DNA from: Escherichia phage JLBYU32
Length of the DNA stretch: 64,000 nt
Reading direction: 5' to 3' (one strand)
Sequence record: OK272490.1
Numbering within the stretch: the stretch's first letter is position 1; each line of letters starts with the position of its first letter. A program made the translations under genes and the position numbers. The notes under the pieces are model-generated. The model saw only the letters and a program-made list of their open reading frames with translations. It was not told the DNA's origin and made no database searches. Positions 17,504 through 36,076 of this stretch are shown here, piece after piece.

Positions 17504-17538
17504 AAGGGGGAGACTTTAAAAGGTCTTCCCCTTTTTTG
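17504..17538 (+). terminator. rho-independent terminator after sheath/tube genes
   Basis: GC-rich hairpin gggggagac...ggtcttcccc followed by TTTTTTG. Confidence 0.55.
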
Positions 17539-17566
17539 TTTCTTTTAAAAGTATTAAGGAATCACA

Positions 17567-17965
17567 ATGAAAACAGAATCTAGAGTAATTAATGGTAAGA
17601 AAGTAAATATCGTTCTGCTTGGGGCAAGAGATGGTATTAAGATGTCTATGAAGTTGGGTAAAATTGTTGTTCCAACTTTTGCACAGATGCTGTCAAGTCT
17701 GACTGACAAGGGTAAGAAAGAAGCTCCAATGGTTCCATTTAAAGAACTTGTTGAAGCTTGTTTTGACAGAATTGAAGAAATTAACCTTGAAGAAATGGCT
17801 ACCCTGTTATTTCAAGGGGCAACTGTTGATGACTTCCCACTCAATATTGATACATACTTCCAAGCAAACTACGGTGAGTTCATTGATTACTTAGCATTTG
17901 CGCTGGAGGCAAACTTCGGAAGTTTTTTCGAAGCAAGCATTTTCAAAAGCCTAACTTCTCAGTAA
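17567..17965 (+). CDS. tail assembly chaperone
   Basis: 132 aa acidic ORF directly upstream of tape measure gene. Confidence 0.45.
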   Translation: MKTESRVINGKKVNIVLLGARDGIKMSMKLGKIVVPTFAQMLSSLTDKGKKEAPMVPFKELVEACFDRIEEINLEEMATLLFQGATVDDFPLNIDTYFQANYGEFIDYLAFALEANFGSFFEASIFKSLTSQ

Positions 17966-17967
17966 AC

Positions 17968-18206
17968 ATGGGTAACACTCTACAGACACCACTAACTGAT
18001 GCTGCTGTAGAGGCAACCTATGAAGAAGCAGACGAGATGAAATTTGTGCTTGCTATTTATGGTATGGAAGGGTGTAAAGAAACACTCGACCAACTCTTTG
18101 CTATGACATTCTCTGATTTATTATCATTGAGACAATTTCTTGAAATTCAGAGGTCGTATAAAGAGGAAATTGCTTACAACGAACTTAGAAGAGCAGGAAA
18201 AATGTA

Positions 18207-18207
<1 letters not shown>
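17968..18207 (+). CDS. tail assembly chaperone (second, small)
   Basis: 79 aa ORF between chaperone and tape measure. Confidence 0.4.
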
Positions 18208-26226
<8,019 letters not shown>

Positions 26227-26228
26227 TA

Positions 26229-27377
26229 ATGGCAGTAGGTGAAATTCAAATTAGTGCCTTGCCTCAAGCAGCCTTACCAATCGACCTTAGTGATATCTTC
26301 CATCTTAAACAGGGTATCGAGGATAAGAGATGTACTCTTGAGCAACTACTTGCTCCACATTCAAGCCTAAGAAATAACCCTCATGGTGTTACTAAGACAC
26401 AAATTGGTCTAGACAATGTTATTAATGCTCTTCAGTTAGTTGCTGCAAATAACTTATCAGATATTGTTAATGTAGCTGAGGCAAGAGCAAATCTACAGAT
26501 TATGTCTTCAGAAGAGGTTAATAGCCTTATTCAACAGCATATTAATGACAAGAGCAACCCACACAATACAACTAAGGCACAGGTTGGTTTAAGTAATGTC
26601 CAGAACTGGACAACATCTAACCTTTATAATGAAGATGCAGATAAGTATGCTACAGCAAGAGCAGTAAATAACTTGTACAAGGCTGTTCAGGCTTCTTATC
26701 CAGTAGGTACTATCCATCTCTCTATGAATCCTGCAAACCCCTCTACATATTTAATTTGTGGAGGTACTTGGGAGTTAGTTTCAAAAGGAAGAGCACTTGT
26801 AGGTTATGATAGTGATTCTAGGCCAGTTGGTTCAACGTTTGGTTCACAGACTACTGCACTGACGGTTAATAACATCCCTGCACATACCCACTCAGTGTAT
26901 GTCACTGGTGGTGGTCACACTCATGGTGCAACGGCCTCTATCGGTGCTTTTGATTATGGCACTAAAGGGACTACAACGTTTGACTACGGAACCAAGACCG
27001 TATCTACTTACGACTATGGCAACAGAACAACAAGTGCTGCTGGCTTAACACAAACAACATTCATTAACCGTGGCTATGCTGATGGTGGTTGGAGAGGTTT
27101 ATCGGTTGAGGGGGCAAGCTATGACCCAAGAGCTACGCTGACAACAGCTAACAACCACACTCACTCTGTAGCAATTGGTGCGCATAATCATACGGTTGGT
27201 ATTGGTGCTCACAGCCATACTGTTGCAATTGGTTCCCACAACCACTCAGCAACAGTAACAGTAACCGGAGCAGGTGAGCATTCACACTCTGGCACAACTG
27301 GCACAACTGGTTCTGGTCAAGCATTTAGTGTTGAACAGCCATCCTTCGTATTGTATGTATGGCAGAGAACAGCTTAA
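26229..27377 (+). CDS. tail fibre protein with C-terminal His-x-His repeats
   Basis: 382 aa; repeated HTHSV / [24 protein letters not shown] motifs near C-terminus. Confidence 0.65.
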   Translation: MAVGEIQISALPQAALPIDLSDIFHLKQGIEDKRCTLEQLLAPHSSLRNNPHGVTKTQIGLDNVINALQLVAANNLSDIVNVAEARANLQIMSSEEVNSLIQQHINDKSNPHNTTKAQVGLSNVQNWTTSNLYNEDADKYATARAVNNLYKAVQASYPVGTIHLSMNPANPSTYLICGGTWELVSKGRALVGYDSDSRPVGSTFGSQTTALTVNNIPAHTHSVYVTGGGHTHGATASIGAFDYGTKGTTTFDYGTKTVSTYDYGNRTTSAAGLTQTTFINRGYADGGWRGLSVEGASYDPRATLTTANNHTHSVAIGAHNHTVGIGAHSHTVAIGSHNHSATVTVTGAGEHSHSGTTGTTGSGQAFSVEQPSFVLYVWQRTA

Positions 27378-27385
27378 TTTCTTTA

Positions 27386-27408
27386 CAGGGGCTTTATAGC
27401 CCCTTTTA
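27386..27408 (+). terminator. hairpin plus T-tract between tail fibre genes
   Basis: caggggct-ttat-agcccct followed by TTTTAAG. Confidence 0.4.
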
Positions 27409-27423
27409 AGAGGAAAATTTATA

Positions 27424-29775
27424 ATGGCAGATTACAAGTTGAGTGAATTAAACTCAATTGATACAATTCGTTCAGACGACCTTCTTCATGTCAGGGTTAA
27501 AAAGAGACCTGAAATGCTGGGTGATGAAGACCGTCGAATGACCTATCAAGACTTCTTAGCATCTTTTAAACTAGAAAGATTTGTCCAGATTGCTGGTAGC
27601 ACTATGACGGGTGACTTAGGAATTGTTAAGTTACTTTATGGTGGTAAGGTAGTCTTTGACCCAACAGGCTCTTCTGAGATTAATATTGGGGATGTTTTAA
27701 AGACTTTTAAAATTAACGCAAATGGCCTTAAACTAACTATCGCAGATGCTTCAAGGTCGGCAACTGTTTATCATACTCTTAATAAGCCAAGTCCTAATGA
27801 ACTTGGGATGAGAACTAATGAAGAGAATGATGCAAGATATGCAAGACTTGCTGTAAATAACACCTTTAGGGCCACTCAAAATATTCTATCTGATAATGAA
27901 ACTATTATTGTTAAGAATGTTACACAAGGGATGCCGCTGTATATTCGCGGTCGAGATGCAGATGGTTCTAACAGGTGGTATCTAGGCAATGATAACAAAG
28001 GTACAGACAATCTTGTTTTAAAAAATGTTAAATCTGGTGCATATGTAGCTATTTTGGATAGCTTAATCACTGTGAACAAATCTATCCAGATTACTGGTCA
28101 AGTTCAGCCTTCTGACTTCTCTAACTTAGATGCTAGATACTTTACTCAGACAGCAGCTAATCAGAGATTTGCACAGTTAGTTGCGAATAACACTTTTAGA
28201 GGTATTAACAATTTTGTAGGAGAGTTCAATATCACCAGAGATAACGCTGTGCTAGTCGTTAAGAATGCCACTGCTGCAACTGGACTGTACTTGCTGGGGC
28301 AGAAGGCTGATGGGACAAACAAGTTCTACTTAGGGACTGATGACTCTGATTCTGTAGTCAACCTACATAACTACACCACGAGTACAACTATCTCTTTGTC
28401 AAATGTGATTACCACTACTAAGACTGTGAAAATCACTGGTCAAGTACAACCTTCAGATTGGACTAACATTGACTCTCGTTATGTTCTTATTGGTTCATAC
28501 GCAAATCTTGCTAAGAAGAATGAAGCTAACACATTCACTTTACAGCAGAATATTCAATCTGATGGTGAAGCATTAAGAATCTACAGCAAGGCTCAGAATA
28601 ATTCTTCTTACATTGTTGGTAAGAATACTGATAACACAAATAAGTGGTTTATTGGTTGTGGTACTAATGGTTCTGGTACGGCATCATTCCATAACTACTT
28701 GACTGGTGCAAGACTCGATTTAGCTGACGAAATTCTTCTGTCTAAATCTCTACAGATTACTGGACAGGTAAAACCTTCTGATTGGTCTAACTTAGATGCT
28801 AGATACTTCACTCAGTCAGCAGCTAATCAGAGATTCATGGTTGCAGGTTCTACAGGAGAAGCTACAGAGCATAATGCAGATGGTGTGGCATGGAACGCTA
28901 AAACAGGCTTATATAATGTAACCTCAACAAATGCTGATTACACAGCACTTGTGTTTCAAATGTATCAGGGGGTTAACTCTTCTACTGCCTGTGCGCAATT
29001 AAAGTTCCAGTATAAGAACGGTGGGATGTGGTACAGAACATCTGTAGATAGTAAAGGCTTTGAAGCTAAGTGGTCTAAGATTTACACAGAAGCACAGAAG
29101 CCAACCCCTTCAGAGCTTGGTGCATACACTAAAGCAGAAACTGACCAGAAGATTGCACAGGCAGTAAGTGACTCTACAGACCTTAATAAAATCTATCCAG
29201 TAGGTATTGTGACGTGGTTTAACAGTAATGTTAACCCTAATACAGCACTGCCTGGTCTAACTTGGACGTATCTGAACAATGGTGTTGGTAGAACTATCAG
29301 AATTGCAGCAGCAAACGGTTCAGATGTTGCTACAACTGGTGGTTCAGACTCTGTGACGTTAGCTGTTGGTAACTTACCTTCACACACTCACAGTTTTTCT
29401 GCGACTACCTCATCGTTTGACTACGGAACAAAAAACACTAACACGACTGGTGCTCACACACACTCTGTAAGTGGTTCTACTTCATCTGCTGGTAACCACA
29501 ACCACGCTATCTCGTGGATTGGTCAGAACTCTACACACTATTCTGGTGGTGGTGGTGGTAAAATCGGTACAGGTCCGGGTTACACTGATGCTGCTGGTGC
29601 GCACACCCACACAATCTCTGGTACTGCTGCTTCTGCTGGTAACCATGCTCACAGTGTTGGTATTGGTGCTCACAGTCATACTGTTAGTGGTAACACTGGT
29701 GGTACAGGTTCTGGTTCAGCATTTAGTGTAACTAACCAGTTCTACAAGTTAATGGCTTGGGTGAGAACTGCTTAA
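27424..29775 (+). CDS. long tail fibre protein with three internal repeats and C-terminal His-x-His repeats
   Basis: 783 aa; three about 110 aa repeats containing ITGQVQPSD(W/F)[10 protein letters not shown]; C-terminal [13 protein letters not shown] repeats. Confidence 0.65.
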   Translation: MADYKLSELNSIDTIRSDDLLHVRVKKRPEMLGDEDRRMTYQDFLASFKLERFVQIAGSTMTGDLGIVKLLYGGKVVFDPTGSSEINIGDVLKTFKINANGLKLTIADASRSATVYHTLNKPSPNELGMRTNEENDARYARLAVNNTFRATQNILSDNETIIVKNVTQGMPLYIRGRDADGSNRWYLGNDNKGTDNLVLKNVKSGAYVAILDSLITVNKSIQITGQVQPSDFSNLDARYFTQTAANQRFAQLVANNTFRGINNFVGEFNITRDNAVLVVKNATAATGLYLLGQKADGTNKFYLGTDDSDSVVNLHNYTTSTTISLSNVITTTKTVKITGQVQPSDWTNIDSRYVLIGSYANLAKKNEANTFTLQQNIQSDGEALRIYSKAQNNSSYIVGKNTDNTNKWFIGCGTNGSGTASFHNYLTGARLDLADEILLSKSLQITGQVKPSDWSNLDARYFTQSAANQRFMVAGSTGEATEHNADGVAWNAKTGLYNVTSTNADYTALVFQMYQGVNSSTACAQLKFQYKNGGMWYRTSVDSKGFEAKWSKIYTEAQKPTPSELGAYTKAETDQKIAQAVSDSTDLNKIYPVGIVTWFNSNVNPNTALPGLTWTYLNNGVGRTIRIAAANGSDVATTGGSDSVTLAVGNLPSHTHSFSATTSSFDYGTKNTNTTGAHTHSVSGSTSSAGNHNHAISWIGQNSTHYSGGGGGKIGTGPGYTDAAGAHTHTISGTAASAGNHAHSVGIGAHSHTVSGNTGGTGSGSAFSVTNQFYKLMAWVRTA

Positions 29776-29782
29776 TCCCTTG

Positions 29783-29811
29783 TTGACTGATTGTTAAGAT
29801 GGTGTTAATAT
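29783..29811 (+). promoter_or_regulatory. sigma70-like promoter upstream of holin-like genes (TTGACT-17-TAATAT)
   Basis: TTGACT 29783-29788, 17-nt spacer, TAATAT 29806-29811; overlaps inverted repeat aagatggtg/caccatctt. Confidence 0.4.
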
Positions 29812-29854
29812 TCTTTATGGGTATTCTCACCATCTTGGCTGATGAGGTGATTAA

Positions 29855-30049
29855 ATGCCTACAATCCTAGCAATTCTTCTAAAAAATCTAGGTAGTTTCT
29901 TCTGGAAACTCATTTTATCCCTTCTAAGTGAATACATGATTGAGAAAGTGTTCTTTAGGCTTGCAAGATACCTTGCGAGTAAGACAGACACACCTATTGA
30001 TGATGAGTTCGTAGATAACTTAGAAAAAGCTTTTAAGGGGGAGAAATAA
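29855..30049 (+). CDS. holin-like small membrane protein
   Basis: 64 aa, hydrophobic N-terminal half with charged C-terminus, after tail fibres. Confidence 0.4.
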   Translation: MPTILAILLKNLGSFFWKLILSLLSEYMIEKVFFRLARYLASKTDTPIDDEFVDNLEKAFKGEK

Positions 30050-30421
30050 ATGAAGTGGCTGGAGGAAGCTTTTAAAAATAATATTGGTGCAATTGTAGTT
30101 GGTATTTTTAGTGTTATTGGGATGTATACCACCATGCAAGTTTCGGATGGTAAACAAGAAGTGTCTATCACAACAAAGTTACAGCAGCTAGATAATTATT
30201 CCAAAAGTAATTATTCAGCTATTCGTGATTTACAGTCTGATATGAGGCTGCTTCAGCTAGGGATGGAGAACCAGAAAGTCCAGTTAGAGAATGTTAAGGG
30301 AGAGAACGCAAAACTTACTAAGACTCTTGATAAATTTTCTGATAGTGTGAACAATCTGGCTCAATCAGTATCAGCCCTCCAAGCTATTACTGAAAAGAAC
30401 ACAAAGAATACTGAAAAATAA
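30050..30421 (+). CDS. membrane-anchored coiled-coil protein (spanin/lysis-associated candidate)
   Basis: 123 aa; N-terminal TM segment then coiled coil; coupled to holin-like ORF. Confidence 0.35.
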   Translation: MKWLEEAFKNNIGAIVVGIFSVIGMYTTMQVSDGKQEVSITTKLQQLDNYSKSNYSAIRDLQSDMRLLQLGMENQKVQLENVKGENAKLTKTLDKFSDSVNNLAQSVSALQAITEKNTKNTEK

Positions 30422-30427
30422 AATTTT

Positions 30428-30456
30428 AAGGCTCCTTTTTACGGGAGCCTTTTTTG
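30428..30456. terminator. bidirectional rho-independent terminator between convergent gene blocks
   Basis: aaggctcc-loop-ggagcctt hairpin flanked by A-tract upstream and T-tract downstream. Confidence 0.55.
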
Positions 30457-30459
30457 TTT

Positions 30460-31359
30460 CTACTTACCTACTGACAAAGGTGCTTCAATCTTTCCTGCAT
30501 GTTGGTAGTTACTAATTCCACCAATAAAGTCACTTGCAGTAAGATGTTTCAGGTCACTTAAAGTATTAAGTTGTAGACCAATCTCAAAAGTTGGTGCATG
30601 GAACTCTTCATTGTTCATCAGTTCATAAACCTGCTTCATATGATTCTGATAAATCTGAGTATCTCCAAAGACACCTATCAAGTACCGTGGAGTGTATCCA
30701 GTCATCTTACAAAGAACTTCCAGAATAAAACCATAAGATGCAATATTAAACGGAAGTCCTAAAAAGGTGTCTACTGAACGCTGATACCACTGTAAGTCAA
30801 CTTCACCCTCGTTAGTAATATAAATCTGAAACAGAACATGGCAAGGTGCTAGAGCCATTGAGTTTGCTGCAATATCTGCTGCATTCCAAGCATTCACAAG
30901 CATGTAACGGTCTGTGATATCACCCTTCATCTTCGTTACTAAGGTCTCTAGCTGGTCTACAACACAACCGTTATGACCTTCAAAGTTTCTCCACTGAACT
31001 CCGTAGATTCTTCCACCTGCATCTTCTAACCAATCTTGTTCAGAAGAATAGTTAGAGCTTAACCATCGTTTAAAATCATCTGACCAGATAGTCCAACGTT
31101 CTCCGTCATTTTCACCCCAAGTACGGTAACGGAGTTCACCCAGTTTATTCTCACCATTCAGGAACCATAAAGCTTCCCCAATAACTTGCCGCGTAAACAC
31201 CTGTTTAGAGGTTAAGAGTGGGAAACCAGTTCTCATATCAAAACGAAACTGTGGTGGAGCAAATGCAGAGATAACATCTCCAGTTCGTGTAGTACGCAGT
31301 TCGCCAACAGATAAAACATGGTTCAGGATATTTTTGTAACTTGTATCTGCTTGTGACAT
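30460..31359 (-). CDS. thyA: thymidylate synthase family enzyme (ThyA-type; dUMP/dCMP hydroxymethylase not excluded)
   Basis: 299 aa; active-site MALAPCH, RTGDV, YGVQWR, DQL...NAWN motifs typical of the family. Confidence 0.7.
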   Translation of the reverse strand: MSQADTSYKNILNHVLSVGELRTTRTGDVISAFAPPQFRFDMRTGFPLLTSKQVFTRQVIGEALWFLNGENKLGELRYRTWGENDGERWTIWSDDFKRWLSSNYSSEQDWLEDAGGRIYGVQWRNFEGHNGCVVDQLETLVTKMKGDITDRYMLVNAWNAADIAANSMALAPCHVLFQIYITNEGEVDLQWYQRSVDTFLGLPFNIASYGFILEVLCKMTGYTPRYLIGVFGDTQIYQNHMKQVYELMNNEEFHAPTFEIGLQLNTLSDLKHLTASDFIGGISNYQHAGKIEAPLSVGK

Positions 31360-31360
31360 A

Positions 31361-31906
31361 TCAAAAGTGTCCTTTTACTTGTGGAACATAAATTTCAAAA
31401 GTTGCTTTACCATCCTCTGATGGTTTTGACTGTACCTTTGTAAACACACGGTTATCATACAGCTTCTCAAAGAAGTTTTCAAAAGGTAAATGCACAGTGG
31501 CCTCTTCAGTGACTTTATGGAAAACTGTATGGAAAACTACACCAGCATACGGTAAAGCATTGACAAGGACACCTGCACCACCAATTACAAAGACATCTTC
31601 ATCAATAGAGCTATCAAGATACTTCAAAAATGCTCCAAAGGATTCTTTGCTGGCCTTAGCATACATTACATCATCTTTGCCAAAATCTATGCCTAAGTAT
31701 GGTACAGAATTTGTTAAGATGAGGTTTGCACGTTCTGGTAAAGGTTTACTACCCAGAGTCTTAAAAGTCTCATTACCCATGACTACTAAGTTATTTTTAG
31801 TGAGTCTCTTAAACTCTTGCATGTCCTGTTTATGTCGAGGCCACGGCATACCAGTCGGTGTACCAAATTCACCGTTTTCACCACTTGCAAATATTAGTTT
31901 AATCAT
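31361..31906 (-). CDS. folA: dihydrofolate reductase
   Basis: 181 aa; GTPTGMPW, LVVMGNETF and VFVIGGAGV motifs. Confidence 0.7.
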   Translation of the reverse strand: MIKLIFASGENGEFGTPTGMPWPRHKQDMQEFKRLTKNNLVVMGNETFKTLGSKPLPERANLILTNSVPYLGIDFGKDDVMYAKASKESFGAFLKYLDSSIDEDVFVIGGAGVLVNALPYAGVVFHTVFHKVTEEATVHLPFENFFEKLYDNRVFTKVQSKPSEDGKATFEIYVPQVKGHF

Positions 31907-32163
31907 TTTGTAAACCCTTTCTTAATGAACCAGTTGATGACACTCTTCACAACTTTACTACGATGGTAGATAAAATGTGGAGATGGTTGGTATGAACCAT
32001 AAGCCCAGAAAGCGATAATTTCATTACACCCTGTGCATCGGGTACTTTCTTCAGCAATATGACCGTTGACTATTTCACTTACCTCACCTTGTAAGTCTGT
32101 ACACCCACAATGTGGACAACGGATAGGTGTTCCATCAGACTCATAGCAGTGTTCAATTTTCAT
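31903..32163 (-). CDS. zinc-ribbon protein (hypothetical)
   Basis: 86 aa with CPHCGC and CTGC cysteine pairs. Confidence 0.4.
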   Translation of the reverse strand: MKIEHCYESDGTPIRCPHCGCTDLQGEVSEIVNGHIAEESTRCTGCNEIIAFWAYGSYQPSPHFIYHRSKVVKSVINWFIKKGFTK

Positions 32164-32679
32164 TTATTTAACCTCAAAAACTGGCTCAAGAACCAATATA
32201 AAGTCTACACAGTCATCTTCTTCATCCAGAATACCATCAAAGTTCTTAGGAACGAAGTCGAAGAGGCTCATAACAAAACAGTCAGAAGTGACCTTGATAG
32301 TTCCTCCCATGTTCTCTACAGTCAACACTGTACGACTTTCTTTTACCTCCCTCAGAAGATTACCCACAAAGTCATCTAAGAAGTACTTCATCAGTGACTT
32401 AAACCCTTTAGGGTAGTCTGTACCAGAGTATGTTTCAATCTGTGGTACAAGCTTAACATTTATACTAGTCTTTGTTAAGAACGTGTTAGAGAACATACTA
32501 TCAGGTAGCTTACAAACAGTCTTTCCAGTACCTTCATGTTCAATCTCAACAAAACCAGCTTCATCGCCACATGTAACTATTTTAAAAGATGCTTCATTCT
32601 CATACTGTGAAGCCATAAACTTTTTAAGCATCACTTTAAGGAAGTCTGCATGAGTATCTTGTAAGAAGATATCAATCAT
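32164..32679 (-). CDS. hypothetical protein
   Basis: 171 aa ORF in co-oriented minus-strand block. Confidence 0.4.
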   Translation of the reverse strand: MIDIFLQDTHADFLKVMLKKFMASQYENEASFKIVTCGDEAGFVEIEHEGTGKTVCKLPDSMFSNTFLTKTSINVKLVPQIETYSGTDYPKGFKSLMKYFLDDFVGNLLREVKESRTVLTVENMGGTIKVTSDCFVMSLFDFVPKNFDGILDEEDDCVDFILVLEPVFEVK

Positions 32680-32692
32680 AGTTAATCACCTA

Positions 32693-33052
32693 TTATGGGA
32701 ACAAGCACTTAATGTCATCGTTTTTGAAAACAAAACTTGTGTAGTTATGACCGTCAACATCCAGCCAAACAGCCTGAACATCTACACCATCAAGATTCTG
32801 GTAAAGCTCCTTGATGAAGTGGTCTTTCACAATCTGGCTACTGGTTGTTTCCAGCTTGATGTTTGAGATTGCTGAACCTACAGCCATATAACCAATGACA
32901 CGTTTCTTCTCAGTATGCTTAATCTTACCATCTTTGTAAGCCATAATGAGATTGGAAAGAATCTTTACACCATAATACTTTTCAAGGTGAGTAGGTGCAC
33001 CATAAAAGCCTAATGCGAAGTTTTCAGAGTGGATAATGTTTTCACGTTTCAT
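32693..33052 (-). CDS. hypothetical protein
   Basis: 119 aa ORF. Confidence 0.4.
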   Translation of the reverse strand: MKRENIIHSENFALGFYGAPTHLEKYYGVKILSNLIMAYKDGKIKHTEKKRVIGYMAVGSAISNIKLETTSSQIVKDHFIKELYQNLDGVDVQAVWLDVDGHNYTSFVFKNDDIKCLFP

Positions 33053-33053
33053 A

Positions 33054-33383
33054 TTAATCTGCCAACCTTAAATTGAAATTAACACCAAATTTTTCACATA
33101 CTTCCAACATATACTCAAGGGAGACGTTACCAGTGAGATGGATTATGTTGGATACACGAGCCTGAGAGATACCACAAATTTTAGCAACTTGCTCTTGAGA
33201 AAGACCTCTTGATTTAATCTCTCTCTTAAAACGATGTGCAACAAAGTCTCTCATTTCGTCTACATCCATTGGACAAATATAACTCTCCATTTCAGCCTCT
33301 CTATCAGCCTCCCAATCATCTTGTGGGGCATAAGGGTCAAAAGCTTCATTCATCTTTCTTCTTCCGTTTGCGTGAAGTGTCAA
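33054..33383 (-). CDS. HTH (XRE-like) DNA-binding protein
   Basis: 109 aa; C-terminal LSQEQVAKICGISQARVSNI helix-turn-helix pattern. Confidence 0.5.
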   Translation of the reverse strand: MTLHANGRRKMNEAFDPYAPQDDWEADREAEMESYICPMDVDEMRDFVAHRFKREIKSRGLSQEQVAKICGISQARVSNIIHLTGNVSLEYMLEVCEKFGVNFNLRLAD

Positions 33384-33558
33384 TCAATGAATCTATGTTT
33401 GTAGCTCTAACCTTTTCACGTTCATCGTTAAGATAATCATCAAGAGCCTTTTCAATCTGTGAATCATCTTGACAGATAACTGTAAAGACTGTAAAGCCGT
33501 CTGTATCGTCAATTATCTTACCATAACCGCTTCTGGGATGTAACTTTTTAAGAGCCAT
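33346..33558 (-). CDS. hypothetical small protein
   Basis: 70 aa ORF. Confidence 0.3.
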   Translation of the reverse strand: MALKKLHPRSGYGKIIDDTDGFTVFTVICQDDSQIEKALDDYLNDEREKVRATNIDSLIDTSRKRKKKDE

Positions 33559-33559
33559 A

Positions 33560-33943
33560 TCAAATACCTGTGCAGCTTCTGTTTTCTAAGAAATACTCAA
33601 CACCATACATAGCTTTTTGCATCAAATCTTCTTTAAACTGAATACGATGATTGAGCATAGCCTGTACATCAATATCATCATGGTGTTTCTCTTTAATATT
33701 TGCAGATTGCAGGAAATACTCTGCAAGAACGCGATACTGATAGTCAGTTACCTTATCAGTCATCTCTGTTAAAGATTCTTCAGAGATTGGTTTAAGTAGC
33801 TCACCTTTGGATAAAGCAATACCTTTTACAATCTGGCAAGTGTCTTCTGGAACACCTGACAAGTCCACATTTGGGAGTTCTGTTGCATTGACTGGTAAAT
33901 TCATTGCCATAACCATTGCAGCAGCTAATAAAATCTTTTTCAT
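33560..33943 (-). CDS. secreted/periplasmic protein with signal peptide
   Basis: 127 aa; N-terminal MKKILLAAAMVMAMNLPVNA signal-peptide-like segment. Confidence 0.45.
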   Translation of the reverse strand: MKKILLAAAMVMAMNLPVNATELPNVDLSGVPEDTCQIVKGIALSKGELLKPISEESLTEMTDKVTDYQYRVLAEYFLQSANIKEKHHDDIDVQAMLNHRIQFKEDLMQKAMYGVEYFLENRSCTGI

Positions 33944-33987
33944 AATGACCTCAAAGTTATATTAAATTTTGTATTACATTGAGTATA

Positions 33988-34016
33988 AAAATAAGCTATA
34001 ACACCTGACTTGTCAA
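33988..34016 (-). promoter_or_regulatory. candidate minus-strand promoter with operator-like 10-bp inverted repeat
   Basis: On minus strand TTGACA (plus 34011-34016) then 17 nt then TATTTT; perfect inverted repeat ATAAGCTATA (33991-34000) / TATAGCTTAT (34024-34033) brackets the -35. Confidence 0.35.
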
Positions 34017-34053
34017 CAGACTTTATAGCTTATTTGGCAGATTTTTTATAAGG

Positions 34054-34320
34054 CTACTGCCATCCTTCCATACCCTACCTTACCACACCTAACCATACCT
34101 AACCAAACTACACCATACAATACCTTGTTAAAAGACCCTATTTAAAGACCTTTTAAAAAGGTAAGTCTCATTTTAATGTAGCTGAGACTAACTACCCATA
34201 CCGAACAACACCGCGCTATACCTTAGCCCACCTCACCGAGCCTCGCCCCACATCACTTAAAAACCCTCTTAGAAGACTCTTAAGTGATGTAATCGGATTT
34301 TTATGTAGCTCCGATTAACT
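34054..34320. repeat. Repeat cassette copy 1: CA-rich (GGT-rich on minus strand) degenerate tandem repeats plus conserved box and hairpins
   Basis: ccatacc/cctaacc/ccaaacc units; conserved aaaagaccctNtttaaagaccttttaaaaagg; hairpins agtctca-ttttaatgtagc-tgagact and aatcgga-tttttatgtagc-tccgatt. Confidence 0.6.
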
Positions 34321-34445
34321 ACCCATACCAAGCCTAACCTGACCGCACCAAACCTTACAACACCACACCATACCTGACCATACCAAACCTCATTAAAAGA
34401 CCCTGTTTAAAGACCTTTTAAAAAGGAGCCTCCGAAGAGGCTACC
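34321..34445. repeat. Repeat cassette partial copy with alternative GC hairpin
   Basis: CA-rich units then same conserved box then hairpin gagcctc-cgaa-gaggctc; as minus-strand hairpin plus T-tract it sits just downstream of the stop of gene 34454-34894. Confidence 0.55.
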
Positions 34446-34453
34446 TAGTCAAC

Positions 34454-34894
34454 TTAGAAAGGTTTTCTACGTTGCTTGTTAATGTTAGCTTTCATAGCAG
34501 CTAAATGGTTTTGCTGTTCAATCAGTCGTGAACGTTCTTGATGGCTAAGTGCCATAGTGTTCACATTCTCAATCGCTTGAGTGGCTTGCTTTAAAGCCCG
34601 ACCAATCTTACCAGACATTTTACGTTTTGCAATAGTTGCTTGATGTTTAGGTTCAACCACACGATAACCAACACCCATTGAAGCAACCAGATAAATCTTC
34701 TCTTCTTTAAGAAGCTTTTCAATAAACTTCTCAAGTCGGTTTAGACGTGTAAGTGCATAAGCCTTCATTTCATCTTCGTACTTAACAATGTCGCCTTGAT
34801 AAGTTGGCTTCACAATACCTAAGAAGGTATCCATCTCAGAATGTGATACAGTGTCACCGTAACTAAACTTTGCTGCTAATGCTTTTGTATTCAT
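34454..34894 (-). CDS. hypothetical protein (flanked by repeat cassettes)
   Basis: 146 aa ORF. Confidence 0.4.
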   Translation of the reverse strand: MNTKALAAKFSYGDTVSHSEMDTFLGIVKPTYQGDIVKYEDEMKAYALTRLNRLEKFIEKLLKEEKIYLVASMGVGYRVVEPKHQATIAKRKMSGKIGRALKQATQAIENVNTMALSHQERSRLIEQQNHLAAMKANINKQRRKPF

Positions 34895-34896
34895 AA

Positions 34897-35502
<606 letters not shown>

Positions 35503-35574
35503 TTAGTTTATTGTTAAGTTGTTTGTAAAGAACCCTCAACAGAAGACTCTTTAGAAACTTGGTAGATTTTTAAC

Positions 35575-35840
35575 GTGGCTACTACCATCCACCCATACCA
35601 GACCTAACCACACCTCACCCCACCTGACCCATACCTCACATTACCATACCAAACCAGACCCCACCTCATTAAAAGACCCTCTTAAAGACCTTTTAAAAAG
35701 GTAAGTCTCATTTTAATGTAGCTGAGACTAACTACCCGCACCTTACCAAACCACACCATACACCACCGAACCGAACCAAACACTACCTTACCGGACATCA
35801 CTTAAAACCCTTTTAAAAGACTCTTAAGTGATGCTGGTGA
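35575..35840. repeat. Repeat cassette copy 2, near-identical core to copy 1
   Basis: Same CA-rich units, identical box and gtaagtctcattttaatgtagctgagactaactaccc hairpin, and tcacttaa...ttaagtga inverted repeat. Confidence 0.6.
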
Positions 35841-35887
35841 GTACCCGTTGGTTTATGATGCTCAGTATACTCACCAAATTTTCTATG

Positions 35888-36076
35888 TCAACAACTTTCT
35901 AATAAAGTTTTATGAAGATTTTGCTTAACAACCCGCCTCACATGCCTATGTTCTTTCTTAATAAAGAGTGACCTCTTCTTGATAGAGCGCCTATTCTTGT
36001 AAGTATTACTAGGATACTTATCATGAACCGGACAACAACTCCCCGGATTTGTAAACTTGATAATCTCTCTTTTCAC
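35888..36076 (-). CDS. small basic protein (hypothetical)
   Basis: 62 aa, Lys/Arg-rich. Confidence 0.3.
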   Translation of the reverse strand: MKREIIKFTNPGSCCPVHDKYPSNTYKNRRSIKKRSLFIKKEHRHVRRVVKQNLHKTLLESC

